From assembly GCA_977020255.1 (NCBI GenBank), contig CDROCS010000453.1:1-64000 (forward strand): 64,000 nucleotides of DNA, given 5' to 3'. The translations under genes and the position numbers were made by a program. This DNA comes from Obrimoposthia wandeli (lineage: Eukaryota). Below are positions 22,404 to 36,141 of this stretch, one piece after another. The notes under the pieces are model-generated. The model searched no databases. It saw only the letters and a program-made list of their open reading frames with translations, and was not told the DNA's origin. Within the stretch, counting starts at the first letter, position 1; every line of letters starts with the position of its first letter.

Positions 22404-23230
22404 GTAGGTACAACCTGCTCCCTTATCTTTCTGATTCGACACAGATTTCCCTACAGACACAGTTTGTGATGGGTATTGAGTGTCATTTCTAGCCCGTTTG
22501 TTCTGCTATCCCATGTTTTATATTTCGTCAACTTAATCCAATTGTCATAAGACATAATTTATGCATAGACATGGTTTTTAACATCATCACAATTAATAAT
22601 AAAAATATATTTTTTATATAATATACAAATTTTGTAAGGTTTGTTTCATACTTTATAAAATCTTTCTTGTGATTGTTCGTGTCGTCTCAGGTTTTGGAGG
22701 TAATTGTGGGAAAGAGAAAGCTGGCAATGGCAATGCCGATATGAGTGTGCGAGAGCACGGGTGGGCAGTGGGGACATCTGCAACACAAGGGCAATCCCGT
22801 CTTCTAATCAGGTAACACTTGACTGAAGCAGGGAACTTGAAACAAACACTGAAATTGATTTATTGGACAACTCCACGTTCGTATAGATAACCGCGCGATG
22901 ACGGTGACGGCGCAGAAGTGGCCATTGAGAGAGAGAATCTTTGTTTGATGTTGCGTGTGAGTGCTATCGAGTGGTATTGATTGTGAAGCTTCGACAAGAT
23001 TGAAATGGTATGATGATTGTAATTAGGGTAATGTTGATGAGAATGTGGACGGTGATGATGATAATAAAGGGTAACTTTGATTAATAAAATTAAAAATATA
23101 ATTAAATTATTAAAAGTCTTAAAATAAGAAGGTTAAAATGTGATAAAAAACTTATGTAAAACGTCACCATCAAAAATGTAAATAATTTAAAATTTGATAA
23201 GCTAGCCTATTAGAAACCGTTGTCGTGTAG

Positions 23231-23599
23231 GTGTGCGAGAGCTCCTCTCCGTCACCAGCAGAACGCCTATGTGAGCAGTGTGAGTTGCTCTTCTGTGCGG
23301 CGTGTCTTGTGCGCGGCGGCCATCAATCCCAGTCCCAGGAGCAGCATGTGCTGCACTCCCCCAGGACTGGGAGACGGCTCCTTGACAACCGCCGCCGCCA
23401 AGCCAAGGCCATGTGTCCGTGTCACCATGCGAATAACGTCCCTGACAGCGAGGAAGGCAGCAGTAGCAGCAGCAACAACACTCTGGAACTGAGTCTCTTC
23501 TGTGGTAACTGTCGCATGATCATATGTGCTCGGTGTGTCCAGCAGTTCCACTTGCAGCACGAGATACACTCTATCGACTCCGTCTGCCGACTGCAAAAG
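23231..23599 (+). CDS. TRIM9: TRIM9-like exon 3 (B-box1 and B-box2)
   Basis: VCE...AERLCEQCELLFCAACL...H...H (B-box1) and CPCH...LSLFCGNCRMIICARC...HLQHEI (B-box2). AG and GT boundaries, 369 nt, phase 0/0. Confidence 0.92.
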
Positions 23600-24443
23600 G
23601 TGGGCATTCACACCAGTCACACTGGAACAGATATCAGGCTAATACTGGAGAAATAAAAACACGAAAAACTGAACTTTAAATGAATTTAATCTCTTGAGGA
23701 CTGCAATTTTTGCAACACACAAGAACTAAATTCTGAAACCTGACATGGATCTATAGTTAAATAATTTTTTAGAAGAGCAACCAAAGACTTTCTTGTTAGG
23801 TTTAAATTAGGTTTAAAAAGTAATAAATTTAATTATGTATAATAAAATTATATTATCTAGCTTAATGATGTTTTTGTATCTTTTTCATCTTATTTTTAAA
23901 AACATATTTTATATAGTGAAATTATTTATATGTATTTCATTTGGAAAAACTTTTGATCATAGAGCTATAAAAATAAACTAAAAAATAAAATATTTGCAAA
24001 TGATGCATATTTGAATGATTCATCCATTCTAATATTTTTTGCAGATTATAACTTCTTAATTTGACTAATTAAATCTTGTCTGAAGAAATTAATCTTTATA
24101 AATATTATAAATCATTATATATATGTGAATTTTTTTGATTTAAACCATATTATTAAAAAAATTCAATAAACACTAATTTCTCTGATTATTAATAACGTAT
24201 AAATAATGAATCATTACAAATGCAAATTACTTCCTTAAATACGGAGTACTTATTAACCATGTTTCCGAACATTAAATATCATGATGTTACAAAAAACTAT
24301 TGTTTTTCACGGTAACTTTTAATCAATCATAGAAAAATCTTATAAAAAAATTCATCTATCAATTTTTCCCTATAGAGTTTAGCTAAACCTTTTTGACATT
24401 TAATAAAAGTGTATTTTTTAAAATATTAATTTACATATTTTGT

Positions 24444-24910
24444 ATTAGTTTCTTGCATAATTAATGTTGGTTTTCAATGTCAGAATTCCAATACATCTTT
24501 ATGCTAGTTTTCATAATTTTTATATTAAAATTTGTCTCAGAATTTGATATGGATCCGAACCAAAAATGGACTATTTTTAATATGAATATAAATTAGGTCA
24601 ACACGGCAGCAGAACCATTCGGAAATATAAATATAACGTTTGGTAAATGTTCTGCTAATGAAAGAATTGCTCAAAGATGGTTTGAAACGTTTAAGTCTGA
24701 TATGACGAACTTAGAAGACCAAGTAGGTTGTACAGCTCCTATTATCATAGTTAAAGACGACATGAAGCAAACTGAAAAATAAAATCTTTATAGTACGTGT
24801 TAGAAACTCAAAAGTATGTTTCGGGTACACTATTCCAGGCATTTGTCTGCAATGAATATGATGAAAAGGTTAGAAAAATGAGTACATCATGAATTAACAG
24901 AAATTAAAAC
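24444..24910 (+). mobile_element. mariner transposon 5' relic
   Basis: Degenerate TIR TATTAGTTTCTTGCATAATTAATGTTGGTTTT. From ATG 24549: YEYKLG.TAAE...NIN.TFG..SANERIAQRWFETFKS...NLED, and later KRLEK(W)VHHELTE, a WVPHEL-type motif. Confidence 0.75.
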
Positions 24911-26029
24911 AATGATGATACAACTTAATATTAAAAAAAAATCAAAATGCTTTTAAATAAATTACAAAAAAGTTTAATAATTTGTTTTACTCTACCATCC
25001 AATACTGGTCTTCCGAAAAGTCAATAATAATCATAAATATCAAGTCACCATACGACATTTTCACAAACTTTCAGGAAATCAGAAAGAAGAACCAAGAACA
25101 TTACAAGGAATTCGTCGAGAAGCTAGAAAGAAAAACAAACTACAGACTTAGTTAACGAAATCTGTGTAGGAGCTCTAATATGCTGGACGAAGCTAATAAT
25201 AAAGTACTACTACGCTTAGGATATAACAACAAGGAAATTCAACAGCTGTCACTCAACTCCGAAAGAATCGCAATTGAAGAATCAAACAAAATTGACAAAG
25301 CCCACCTGCTGTCCATGTAATACCTGACGTCATTAGGACGGAGAGGGATAGTTGGAGAGGAATCTGCTGCTTCTTCTGGTTCAGGAGAAAACAGAAATTG
25401 CTGTATCATTTGTGCTTGTTTATATATTTTCAAATTGTAAAATAATCAATATCCAATATCAAAGAACTTCAATGAGAATATTTTTCGAAAGTTGGCGTAT
25501 TCCGAACATGTAAGTCAAACATGGTTGAGAATGCTCCTAACGGTGTTTTTAAGATTGGGAGGTCAAACATATGATACAGTCCAATCAATAATTGTGTTAG
25601 TTCCAGGAGAAAATTAGTTGCTCTGACTGGGAATTGAGTCAATGGTGGGTCTCACTTCTTGCAAATCAAACATTCTAATTTTTCCTGGTATTCAACTAAG
25701 AATTTCTGAATGGTGATTATTAATTTATAATTTGTAAAAAAATCTGAAAATTGTTCAAATTTATCTTAACAATTTGATAACAATGTTGTGACTCAATTCT
25801 AATTTTTAGTCAATCAAAGATCAGACTGTTGAGAAATAAGCATCCGATCGTGTACATTGAAATACATTTTAAGTATCATTTTAAACAACATCAGATATGT
25901 AATGTACAAAGAAATATTGACCAAAGGAATGTCAATTTACAATAAACAAGAAAAGTTTCGTAAAGAAAATGTTTCTCTTTTCTTCTTAGCAGAATTTCTG
26001 AATGTAAATTGAAAGAAATGTAGTACTGG

Positions 26030-27150
26030 AAAACCAGTGTGTATCGGGGGTAGTAGAGGCTTACTGAAGAGAGCCATGGATGCCACCATACTGCGTACCT
26101 GACCCCTCAAGGCCATCTATGCAAGGTCACGGGAGCCACAATGAAACTTCTCCCCCGGGTATGAGCAGCAAAGACTGACACCACCTTCTTTGGAAATGTG
26201 GACTATCTGTGACATCATTCCCGACCGCAGCAAAAGCTGTAGAAGCAGCATCTTTCCCCAGGGATCATATTTATGACTTCATCTAACTATCAGGGCTTTC
26301 TGAAACTTCTGCTCCCCGTGTATTTGCTTCTTGCCTGGATTCTTCTGGCTTCTGACCACTGCGATTTGTAGACGACTTGCATCCCTCGTCTGCAAATGCA
26401 GCGTTTCGTGAATTCAATTCTATGTCTCTAATCATAGTGAACAATTAATATGGTATACATGTTCACCTCTTTGGTGATGACACTCAACTTTTTATCGATC
26501 TAGAAAACATGGCTTCCAAACCTTATCTACATCCTGCATCTGCAAGTACTATTTCAAAGAAATCTGACACATCCATATTTTAAAATAAATAAATAGATAT
26601 GGGTCTGTTCGATAAGTTTTTACACGTATTTCTCAAAATGAAAATATACAAAAAATATTTCTTTCAGAAAATCATCATAATCACATCAACGACTAAAATA
26701 ATCTTCCTGATAATGTGTGTACTTTTTCTAACGTCTCGAAAGTTTAGAATCCAAGATTTTAGCCTTATAAGTCCGATTTTATTTAAGGAAAGATGTAGAA
26801 ATCGCTCGATGACAAATCGGTATGAGTTACGATGTAAAACTTTAGCTCTTCCTACATTTTCTGAGCGTTGTCGAGAAGGTAAAATATTTTATTCATTGAA
26901 TTGCTTCTACTGAATGATTTACAACATTTTGCATTATTGAAGTTTTCAATTTATCCAGTTATTGGCAAAACAAATAAGAGATTATGGATTGAATTCGAGG
27001 TAGGACATCTACTAGTAAAATATATTTTACAACCCAGAAATAGTCAGAAGATGTTTTTGGGTTGGCATGGCTCTTAATGGAGCAATATCTGGGGTATAGC
27101 AATATCTGCCCTATCCTCCCTATGATTTATGCTGACCAATATTCCCCTCA
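26030..27150 (+). mobile_element. CR1/L2-clade LINE relic (RT and C-terminal region)
   Basis: FPQGSYL (~26254), HLFGDDTQLF (~26470) and YELRCKTLALPTFSERCREG (~26820), resembling the CR1/L2 YxxRLxxLxLxxLxxRRxRGD motif. Heavily degraded. Confidence 0.6.
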
Positions 27151-27199
27151 TTCTCCCAATAGATACAGATATCATCACATGTAACAAACTTTACCGGGA

Positions 27200-28210
27200 A
27201 CTTGTTGTTGTACATCTGTAAGAGTTATAGGAAAATTTCATCGTTCAATACCGCTTTCATGTTGATGAGAGTTATCGTCTGGCCGTGTTGCAGGACATAT
27301 CTGTCTTGTCCATGATTTTCATTATCAAGTATTGTTTGAATTCTGTCTTCGATATCTATACTTGGAAAACCAGATTGATTCGTGTCACTCACATCAAATT
27401 CACCGTTCTCGAATCCGTTAAAATCATGCCTATATGTACTCAAGCTGACTGCGCACCTTCCTAACGTGTTATTCACTTCTTTCTCGGTTTCAAATGATAG
27501 GAGAGATATTTTCTAACAAAAGTAAATATTGGTGTCTCTCTTTTGTAAACATTCGAACATACGGGATTTTCTAATTCCATTAAAATTAGTTATGGTTGCT
27601 GGATTGTGCGTAAAGACTTATCGAACAGAACTGTATACAGACCTGTATACAACATAAACCATAAAACAGTATTAATATTGAGTTTCATTTTCAATGCGAT
27701 GTTGGTGATTGACGATTCTAAGATAGAAATTGAATATTAGATGGGATTGAGTTTAGCAATCTGAACCTCGGATTATCAAGTTGATTAATTTTTCAAATTA
27801 ATTTCCTTGCTTGAAGATAAGTTGAATGTGGAATATCTGAAGTTAAGAGAACATGTATAAGCAGTTATTTTATTTTTATATCTAATGGTGAATTATATCG
27901 TATTAAAGGGTAAATAAATGTTATACAGGTTATAACAGATTACAAAGAATCACTTTCATAATGATTTCCTTTCCACCAGCCATTGTAAAAGCGACTAAAA
28001 AAGTTTCTGTAAAGAGACTGCATGTCAGGCTAATAAATGTGGTCATATATGGAGGAGTGAAAAGACTGCTATAAGCACCCCACCGCCCTGAGACAGTTTT
28101 ATCTGTTTGTTTACACTCTGGCACGCACCTAACTGTGCGTGGGAAACCTCGGGCCGACCTGGCTCCTTCCTTATAGATAATCAATGGCGATGGTACAGAA
28201 TCCTCCATCA
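27200..28210 (-). mobile_element. Non-LTR retrotransposon relic (possible APE endonuclease region)
   Basis: Minus-strand coding-like sequence with GAYSSLFTPP (similar to the G.YRPP motif) and downstream K..(P)..FE...KRD-like linker. Weak motifs only. Confidence 0.35.
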
Positions 28211-30242
28211 CAGAAGTCCATAATTGCCCTTAATTATCGTTTCAGTGCGCTAAAATTTCGAAAAACGTTATATTTATAACCTCGGTCTGTGGTATTGCGT
28301 GAGCAGTATCTGAAATGACTGCCATACTTTTTATTTGATATAAATTTAGAAAATCAGGGACATTAAGCACGAAACGACGTAATGTTTTCAGAAAAACGGT
28401 TGGTTATAGTCTTATAGCTTATAAATACTTTATCACTGAAATGTAACTGACGATTTGTACCAGATTGTCCGTGATTTTCACCGAATCATTATATACCCAT
28501 TTTGTTGAGGGCATTGTCAGAAGATAAAATATAAAAGAAATGAGAATATGATTTCGATGATCGATTTAGTATGTCCTCTAGAATACATTCATTATTATAG
28601 AATAATTAATAACATATTTTGATTTTTTTGTGTTCCAAAATTAATAAATTAGAAATTTTATCAATAAATTGTCAATGTAAAGTATTTTGACAGAAATAAA
28701 ATTTAAATATGGTGTCATAACTTACGAAATCCCAAATGTTCTTTTTATGGAAAGACATTAAAATGATTTAAATGATTAGATATTAAATTTCTATTAAATT
28801 GTATTTCAATTGAACTTCTATAAGATGATTTATACAATCAGCACTCAAATTTTGTGTAGTAACGATGATTTTTTTAAAATAAAGTTTTAATTGAATATGT
28901 AAATGCTAGTTCAAAATATAATGGTTTGGAAAATTAAACTGACGTCACAAAACTCGAGTCCTGTAAAAATGATAATCTAAAATTTGTATGTTGTATTTAA
29001 CAAATTTAGATGTCGAAGCTGCAGTGTATTATTTAGTATTAACATGAATAAGTACAGGCGCGACAAGGGCTGCGGCCATAGGGCCTTACATCAGGTTTAT
29101 AACACAGCTTTGTAACCCTACATTGTATTTAAATTACTAAAACATATATTTTTCAATTTCCACATCATATATTTATACGGGACTCCAGTTTTGGATACAC
29201 AGACTATAATGATAATTTATATTAGTCGAATCCATATTTTAAAGTTTGCTTTTTTGTCAAATAGCTGATTTGGTACAAATTGTAAAATTGAAACTTATAA
29301 ATTTAAATTTACAAATAAGATTTATTATTACAAAGATTGATAACAATAATAATGTCTTTAGTTACGTTAACTAACAATTTTCATATTAGTAAAAATGTCG
29401 CTGTATTATTTGTAATTTCATACCAATGGGTACTTGTGAATCCATTTGCAAAATCTCGTTTTCTTTAACTACTAAAATTGTTCGGTTTGATGCTCTGATT
29501 GAAGAATCATATTAACCAGATTCAAAAAGGGCTGTTATAAAATATGGGTCATACAACTAAACTTTAGTTACTAAAGCATTTATTTTGGAGAAGACAAAGG
29601 AAATGAGAAACAAACGACATTTACGCGTATTAAATTAAATTATCATATTTATAAATCTTTTATGAATAATTTTTTATTGTTTTGAAATACATAAATATAA
29701 TCATTTCATTTGTAAGAAGCGTAACATACAGGAAATTAAAAAAAACAAACAGAAAAAGACTATTATTTATGCTCTTTGCTCTCAAAGGTTCCTATTTTAT
29801 TAACATTATAAAAAAATACGAAATCAAAGGAATTTTGATAAATTATTTTAACAGTAAGATTAAGTACACATAATAAGTTAACTTTATGTTGATACATAAT
29901 TATTTCTATACTTGGTCGTAAAAGGGTTTGAAAGTTAACCTGGAAATGAAACTATAATGAATTAGTTAAATAGTCATTAATTAAACTGACTTATCTGACA
30001 AATTTAATACTAGAACTCAGATAAATTAGAGCTACCTTTCACTCATATAGCCACCAATTGACGATTGTCATGAAAATAAATATTATCTTCTCATTTAGTT
30101 TACACGCAATAATTAAACGTTAATTCAGTTAATGATATAAATAATATTAAGTTAATATCAAAAAAATCCCCTATCTTAAAATTTAAAATACAATATTCCC
30201 AATCAGAAATTCTTAGTTGAGTCATCGGGAAAAATTACGAAC

Positions 30243-30545
30243 CGCAATAGTTTAGTGACAGAAGGCGCGACTAGTAGCGATACCCGTGGTTCAATTCCTG
30301 ACCGTGACAATTAACTTTTGTCTCCATGATTCAGACTCTAAATTAGCTTATAACTCGAGGACAAGCTTATTTCATGGGGTAATGTTATGTTAAGATAGAT
30401 AAGCTAAGTAAGCATTATAAATACATTAGGGAGAGAATTATTTGCCATTAATGAGTTATTAACAACGGGTCTCACTACCTGTAATTCTCGCATTAAATCG
30501 CTGACCTATCGCGGTTCATAAACCCTCCCGATAATCCAAATAATA
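30243..30545 (+). mobile_element. tRNA-derived SINE-like element
   Basis: A-box-like TAGTTTAGTGA at ~30247 and B-box GGTTCAATTCC at ~30289 at tRNA-like spacing, followed by a body and an AT-rich tail. No intact cloverleaf. Confidence 0.45.
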
Positions 30546-33500
30546 AATACTGAATGGCGATTATGCACATATAATTGTCAGTAACTGATTTTTATCAAAT
30601 ATGTATCTTAACAATACATTTATTAAAGGTAAATCATTTGTGTATTAAGAAATTGTATATCACGAATGTTTGGTCAAAAATCTGTTTATCATAAAGATTT
30701 TTCCTACAATTTTTACATTTATTTGAATTTTGCTGAACTTTCCTTGACACTATTTTCTTTTAGTAGAATGATGAAGTTCAATAATTGCCAAGTTATTATT
30801 GTTAGGAATCGTCTGATTAGAGTTTCACTCTTCATTTTCTTCATAAGTTGTATAAAGTTACGCTGAATAATTCTGAAATTACTTACTTTTTTTGTAAACA
30901 ACTTAAGTGGAATTAATATAATTGAACATTCCCATTGAATGAGCTTGAACAGTTTCAAGATATTGTAATTAAAACTGTATTGTTAACATATATTTTAAAG
31001 ACATTATCCATAAATTGCCGAAGCATTTACAGGCCACGAGGTGCTATCTCGAAGTATTTGCTGAGTTGCTGGTACTTTGAGGCATGGTGCCCTATCATTT
31101 AAGAGGATAACTGGATTCCCATCTGCAAAATGGATATATTTAAGTAGGAAAGGAACCACAGACCATCTTCAAAATGTTATTCCGATTTCAGGAGTTACAA
31201 CAAACATAAAATGGTACAAATCTATTGATGGACAGTTGATTAGAAGATTGATGAGCGTTGTCTTCTCTGGCAGTTGTTATTGGTTTCGCATTTCATCTGA
31301 CACTAATCTTTTGAACACCAATAGTCAGCCTGCAAATACGCGTCTCGTGCCCATTTAACGTAGTATCATGCTTGTTCATCTTGCACTCGTAAAGATTTAT
31401 AGTCGCGTTAGTCTTTACGAACGTATACTTATTTCTAACCTTATCTAGTAATAGACCCTGCATAACTTTTTTTTTATCGCTTCTTTGGATTTATCTACTC
31501 GAATGCTTTCAATTGAAATCAATAAAATCTATTTATGCATTTTTCAGTTAGCTATTATTATGCTATATCTGTGATTCAGAGGCTATATTCGTAGAGCAAT
31601 AACAAATTATTAATATGTTTCAATTATGTCAACGTACTTATACTTATAATTATACTCATACTTAAATGGATACTTTGAGTCGAAATTTGCAGTTTAATGC
31701 TCCATTTTGAAGTTATTTACAACAACAAAAAACAATAAAAAATTAGATAATTAGATAATGCAAGAAAAACTTTTATAAATTCACTAAACATATATGATAA
31801 AATTGTTACATTATAGAACAAATTTAAATTAAAAATTGCTCCACCGTCATTTTATTATTTCAGAGGTTTAATGAATTCTGTTTACATTTTATATTAGATT
31901 TGGAAAGAATATTTCAAATATTTTAATATTTAAATTAATTGGATAGAAAAATTGTTTGAAATTCATCATTTTTATACTGATAAGAATAAATTAAAAATAT
32001 AACCTGTTTTTTTTTAATATGTATCAAGTTACAAACTTTATTAATCTGAAATCGGCCTTAATCTTTTTTTGGCCACCCAAACACAAAAAATGCTATTTGT
32101 AAAAAATGACTAAAATAGCTGATCATTTTTTGAACAATTACTAAATAAGAAATATAAATGTAATAATTAAAAATAACAGTAAAAAAAAGTAAGATAATTT
32201 TAGAATATCTTAATTATTTAAAAATTTATTATAAGAAATTTTAGCATTATGAACTATGCAAAAACTTAACAAGTTTTAAAACATATAATTTCTTTTTAAT
32301 TTAAAAATATTTTTATTTACCTTGATTAGTAGGTTTTCAAGAATGGTCTGTTCCAAGCTGATGTTCGCAAACAATTTATTCCAAAATATCTCTAGTCAAA
32401 AATGTGGCTTTTAAAACACAAAAATGTATCACGACACGCAGCTTTACAGAAACTTCTTTAAAGTTCTGTCGACTCTTCTCGATGTTTTGAGATTGTATAA
32501 ATATATTACATATTCCTCTTTATATTTAAGTTTCAAATAAATAAATTTTTTTAAAACATTTATATATACTTTATAATTTTTATAAAATTTTATTTTAAAT
32601 ATTTGTAAGAGTCTATTTACAAATTATCATTAGTCGAAAATCTCACAGAAAAATAAATCAGAAACGCATAGGCCAATAAATTAACCTAAGTTAACAGAAA
32701 TTATCAGCTTTTCTAATATAAACAAAATGTGGATGATACCATCCTTCAGCCTTAAAACAGTGTTTATTTTTAAATTGTGTTAGATGAAAACTTAAAAAAG
32801 CCATAAAATCGGATAAACAATGAAAGATTTTATCATATTTTGTTAAGGCAGACATTTTTTGATTTATTTTTTGATTTGATTAATAATTTATTTTTCTGTT
32901 TGATATTGCTACTTTTATTTTCTGGAAAAAAACATACTTTACTACGTTTGTTAAGTGAATTTCAAGTAAATAATATCAATAAACAATTGTTTTTTAATTA
33001 TTTTAAAACTGTCACCTTCAAAATTGAGCGAAAATATTGTTTTACTCTACAAAAGCGAAACATGAAAAATGACACTGAATAACAGCAGCTAGACAAGATA
33101 ATTATTAAGTTGTTGAAACTCTTCTCGAAGAAAAACAAGACAACTCAAAATATTGAAAATTTATTATGAAAATATTGTAAGGTTTTTCTTCAGATGTCAG
33201 AAATTGTGCTTCAATTTTAGAGTGATCATTAAATAATTGAGACACAGACTTTGCTATTAAAAATTATTATTGTAGGAAAAGTGTTCGATGTGCAAAATAC
33301 AAATCTAAATAAAGAAATTAGTTTTACATTTTCTGATCTTTTATTAAAATTATTAATTAAAAAATTAAATTTCTAAATTTAATGTTTTTATTTTAATTTA
33401 TACGAACCATTCTGGAAAAAAAATATTAAACAAAAAAGCAACTCTACTTAATTTCGATAAATCAAAAAGACACATCAATATTTTGTTACACTTACCAGGA

Positions 33501-33725
33501 CTCGTATATAAATAAATAATATAGTCAAATTTTAATATTTAATTAAATTAATATATGTAGGTTTTAAAATATATAATTTTTCCACATAACCTCCTTGGTT
33601 TTCCACACATTTCATTCGACTAAGCAATAACCAAATAATCAAAGCATGTTTTAAAGAATTCGTTTGGCTTGTTTAGTAAGTAAATTTTACAAACTTTGTT
33701 ACATCTTCAAAGTAGATAACGCAAA

Positions 33726-34464
33726 CGGTTGTAGGAAAAATGGCAATGGAAATAATGGCAATGGAAAAAATGGCAAAGGAAATAATGGCAATGGAAAAAA
33801 TGGCAAAGATAAAATATTATTTTTGTTTTTGTTATTATAAATATTTTAACTAAAAAGAAGTATAAAAATGATGCCTTGAAGTCACAACAAATGTATACAG
33901 TAGTTCATAAGACTTACAGCAAAAATTACTAATTGCGCTTTTCAAAGAGTGGCTTCTGTAACATATTTAGATATTAGGCAGCGAATTGATTATTTGTTAA
34001 GTACATGTATGTGTCAATATTTAAAAAACATGAAGCCATGAAGTCATAATCACAGTAAATTTAGATAACAAATGCACCAACAATAACTAATAGCACTTCT
34101 GAAAGAGTGGCTTCTCTCAAATCTCAAATGTAGGTAATCTCAAATTGTAACCAAGTGGTTGATGAGTGAACTATTTGCCTAAATGCTATCTACATGTTGA
34201 TAGGATGTTCTCGAAGACTGCATAGTAATATTAATGTTCATGTGTGAATAATATTAAACATGTGCATTTGGTTATATATAATGTGTAAATAAAATGGCAT
34301 AACTGTACAATATTTTAATGTAAATAAATGTGAGAACAACAAATGTATCTTTTTTTGGTTTTACTTATTAATTTATTTTATTTTTTATAAAATAAAATAA
34401 GTTTGCCATTTCTTCCATATTTTGCATATTGCCATTTTTCCATTGCCATTTTTTCCGCAAACAG
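33726..34464. mobile_element. Non-autonomous foldback-type element with tandemly sub-repeated TIRs
   Basis: Left end has GGAAA(A/T)AATGGCAA(T/A) x5 (33734-33808). Right end has inverted copies TTGCCATTT(T/C)T(T)CC x3 (34402-34456). The interior is AT-rich and non-coding. Confidence 0.75.
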
Positions 34465-34819
34465 ACAAAAATCGATGGGTGCGAGATCTTGATTGTACGG
34501 AGCATATCAATGTATGTAATTTACTCGGTTTTATTGTTGCGGTTGTGACTTTTGCCTTAGAGAATGGATAAGGTAATGTGAGGTATTATTTTCAATTTTT
34601 AATAGTCACAGTCGCAAAATCTCCAGCTAATTATATCCCAGCTCTAGTCTAAACACGCTCAACATCATGTACATTCTCTAAAATTTTAATTTAAAATCCC
34701 TATCCATACATATCGATGTGAGTAATCTGTAATAAGTATTATAATTATATTTCATAGATAATCAAAATTCATATTTTCTTATTTTTCCTATTGTTTGAAT
34801 GCATTTTAAATTGAAATAA

Positions 34820-35800
34820 AATATGAACGAGAAGTCATGGTTAGGATGTGATATAATAGGATTATGTTTCTTAAATGGAGAGTCATCAACAGCAATTGTT
34901 CGAGCTTATCACAAAGAAAGTGGTTTGAAGAGTCACAGGAAGAATTCAAAGTAAAAATGATAATGCATATATCTGGGAGAATAAGTAGTTAAATGAAAAG
35001 ATGGAAGCGGTCAACTGGCTTTATTTGGTGATGATTCATGGGGTTTTGGAGACATCTCGAGATTTATGGAAGCCGATGTTAACAGTTAGACCAGTTTTTG
35101 CAAAGTTGCTTCTTCTGTAGGGTGTTCAAAGACAACAGTGTACAAATCTTTACGGGCATCTTACCTGGTAACCTTATAAACCTAGGAAAGTTCAACAGCT
35201 GCTAGCTAGGGATTACGAAAAGAGTCAAAATTTTGTTCACTGTGCTCTAGATGAAGGTCGATTTGAAAATGTTTTTTGACCCGACTAAATTCATCTGTCT
35301 ATTAATTACGAGATAACGTTTGGTCTGATTCATCTACAACAGTGTTAGTTGAATTTACTCTTTACCCTAAAAACGTGTTAGCATGGCATGCATTAAAATG
35401 CAACTTCGTGGCTGACTAATTAGTTTTTGAGAATACAATCTATGGTCATAATAATATGGTCATGCCTCAAACTCACACGGAGTTAATTCTGCGCAGAAAA
35501 AAATCACAAATTTTGAGCAAGATTAAGTTTCACCCCGCATTAAAACATTGGTCAAAACATTCTTTTCACAGAGATTACACACGTTGACTATAACTGCCCC
35601 ACCCCAAATTCTCGTTCTCAAGCCCATGTATTTCTCTTTTGTGGGTTTATCTACAATACAAAGTTTATGAAAACAAGAAATTGTACAGCCTCGAGCAGCT
35701 AATTAACAAAATTTAATCAAGTATTGCTGAATCGCCATAATATATGTTGAAAAGAGTGTTGATAATGTTCATTTTCGTTTGTAGGATGTTCTTGAAAATC
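34820..35800 (+). mobile_element. Tc1/mariner superfamily relic (DD37D/DD41D-like transposase)
   Basis: PYKPRKVQQLLARDYEKSQNF, plus a frameshifted WPxxSPDLxPxDFFLWGYLxxKVYEN-type motif at ~35590-35675. Confidence 0.7.
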
Positions 35801-36045
35801 ACTGTCATCATATGAACATAAATCTTAGTTAAAATCAGCAAAAAAATAGAACTTACTTAAAAGAACTTTTAAGGGAAATTTAAAATATTTAATTTAACTT
35901 ATTTGAATAATAAATAGCATTGTTTGATTTATTTATTCAAAGTTGCAGAAATATTTATGTAATTATAAATTAGATGTTTTGATTGGTTTGTAGTAAATTT
36001 AGTGAATATGATTGGTTGACATTTTCACTTCTTGACCAATCACAG

Positions 36046-36141
36046 ACTGAGCTCTCGCATCTTCTCCAATCCCTCTCCGAAAAGGCTAAGGCTGGAATGA
36101 ACTCCATGCAAAGCCTCAAATCAATGTCGGAGAAAATCAAT
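36046..36141 (+). CDS. TRIM9: TRIM9-like exon 4 (start of coiled coil)
   Basis: CACAG|ACT...AAT|GTAAGT, 96 nt, phase 0/0. TELSHLLQSLSEKAKAGMNSMQSLKSMSEKIN resembles the post-B-box segment of TRIM9 (SQLSQALNGLSDRAKEA...LRNMVQQI). It is missed by the ORF track. Confidence 0.88.

Noticed and set aside
20636-23620. Antisense and alternate-frame ORFs over the TRIM exons
   Set aside because: Shadows of GC-rich coding exons.
31020-31360. Possible DDE transposase fragment on the minus strand (VILLNDRAP)
   Set aside because: A single weak motif, so the family cannot be supported.
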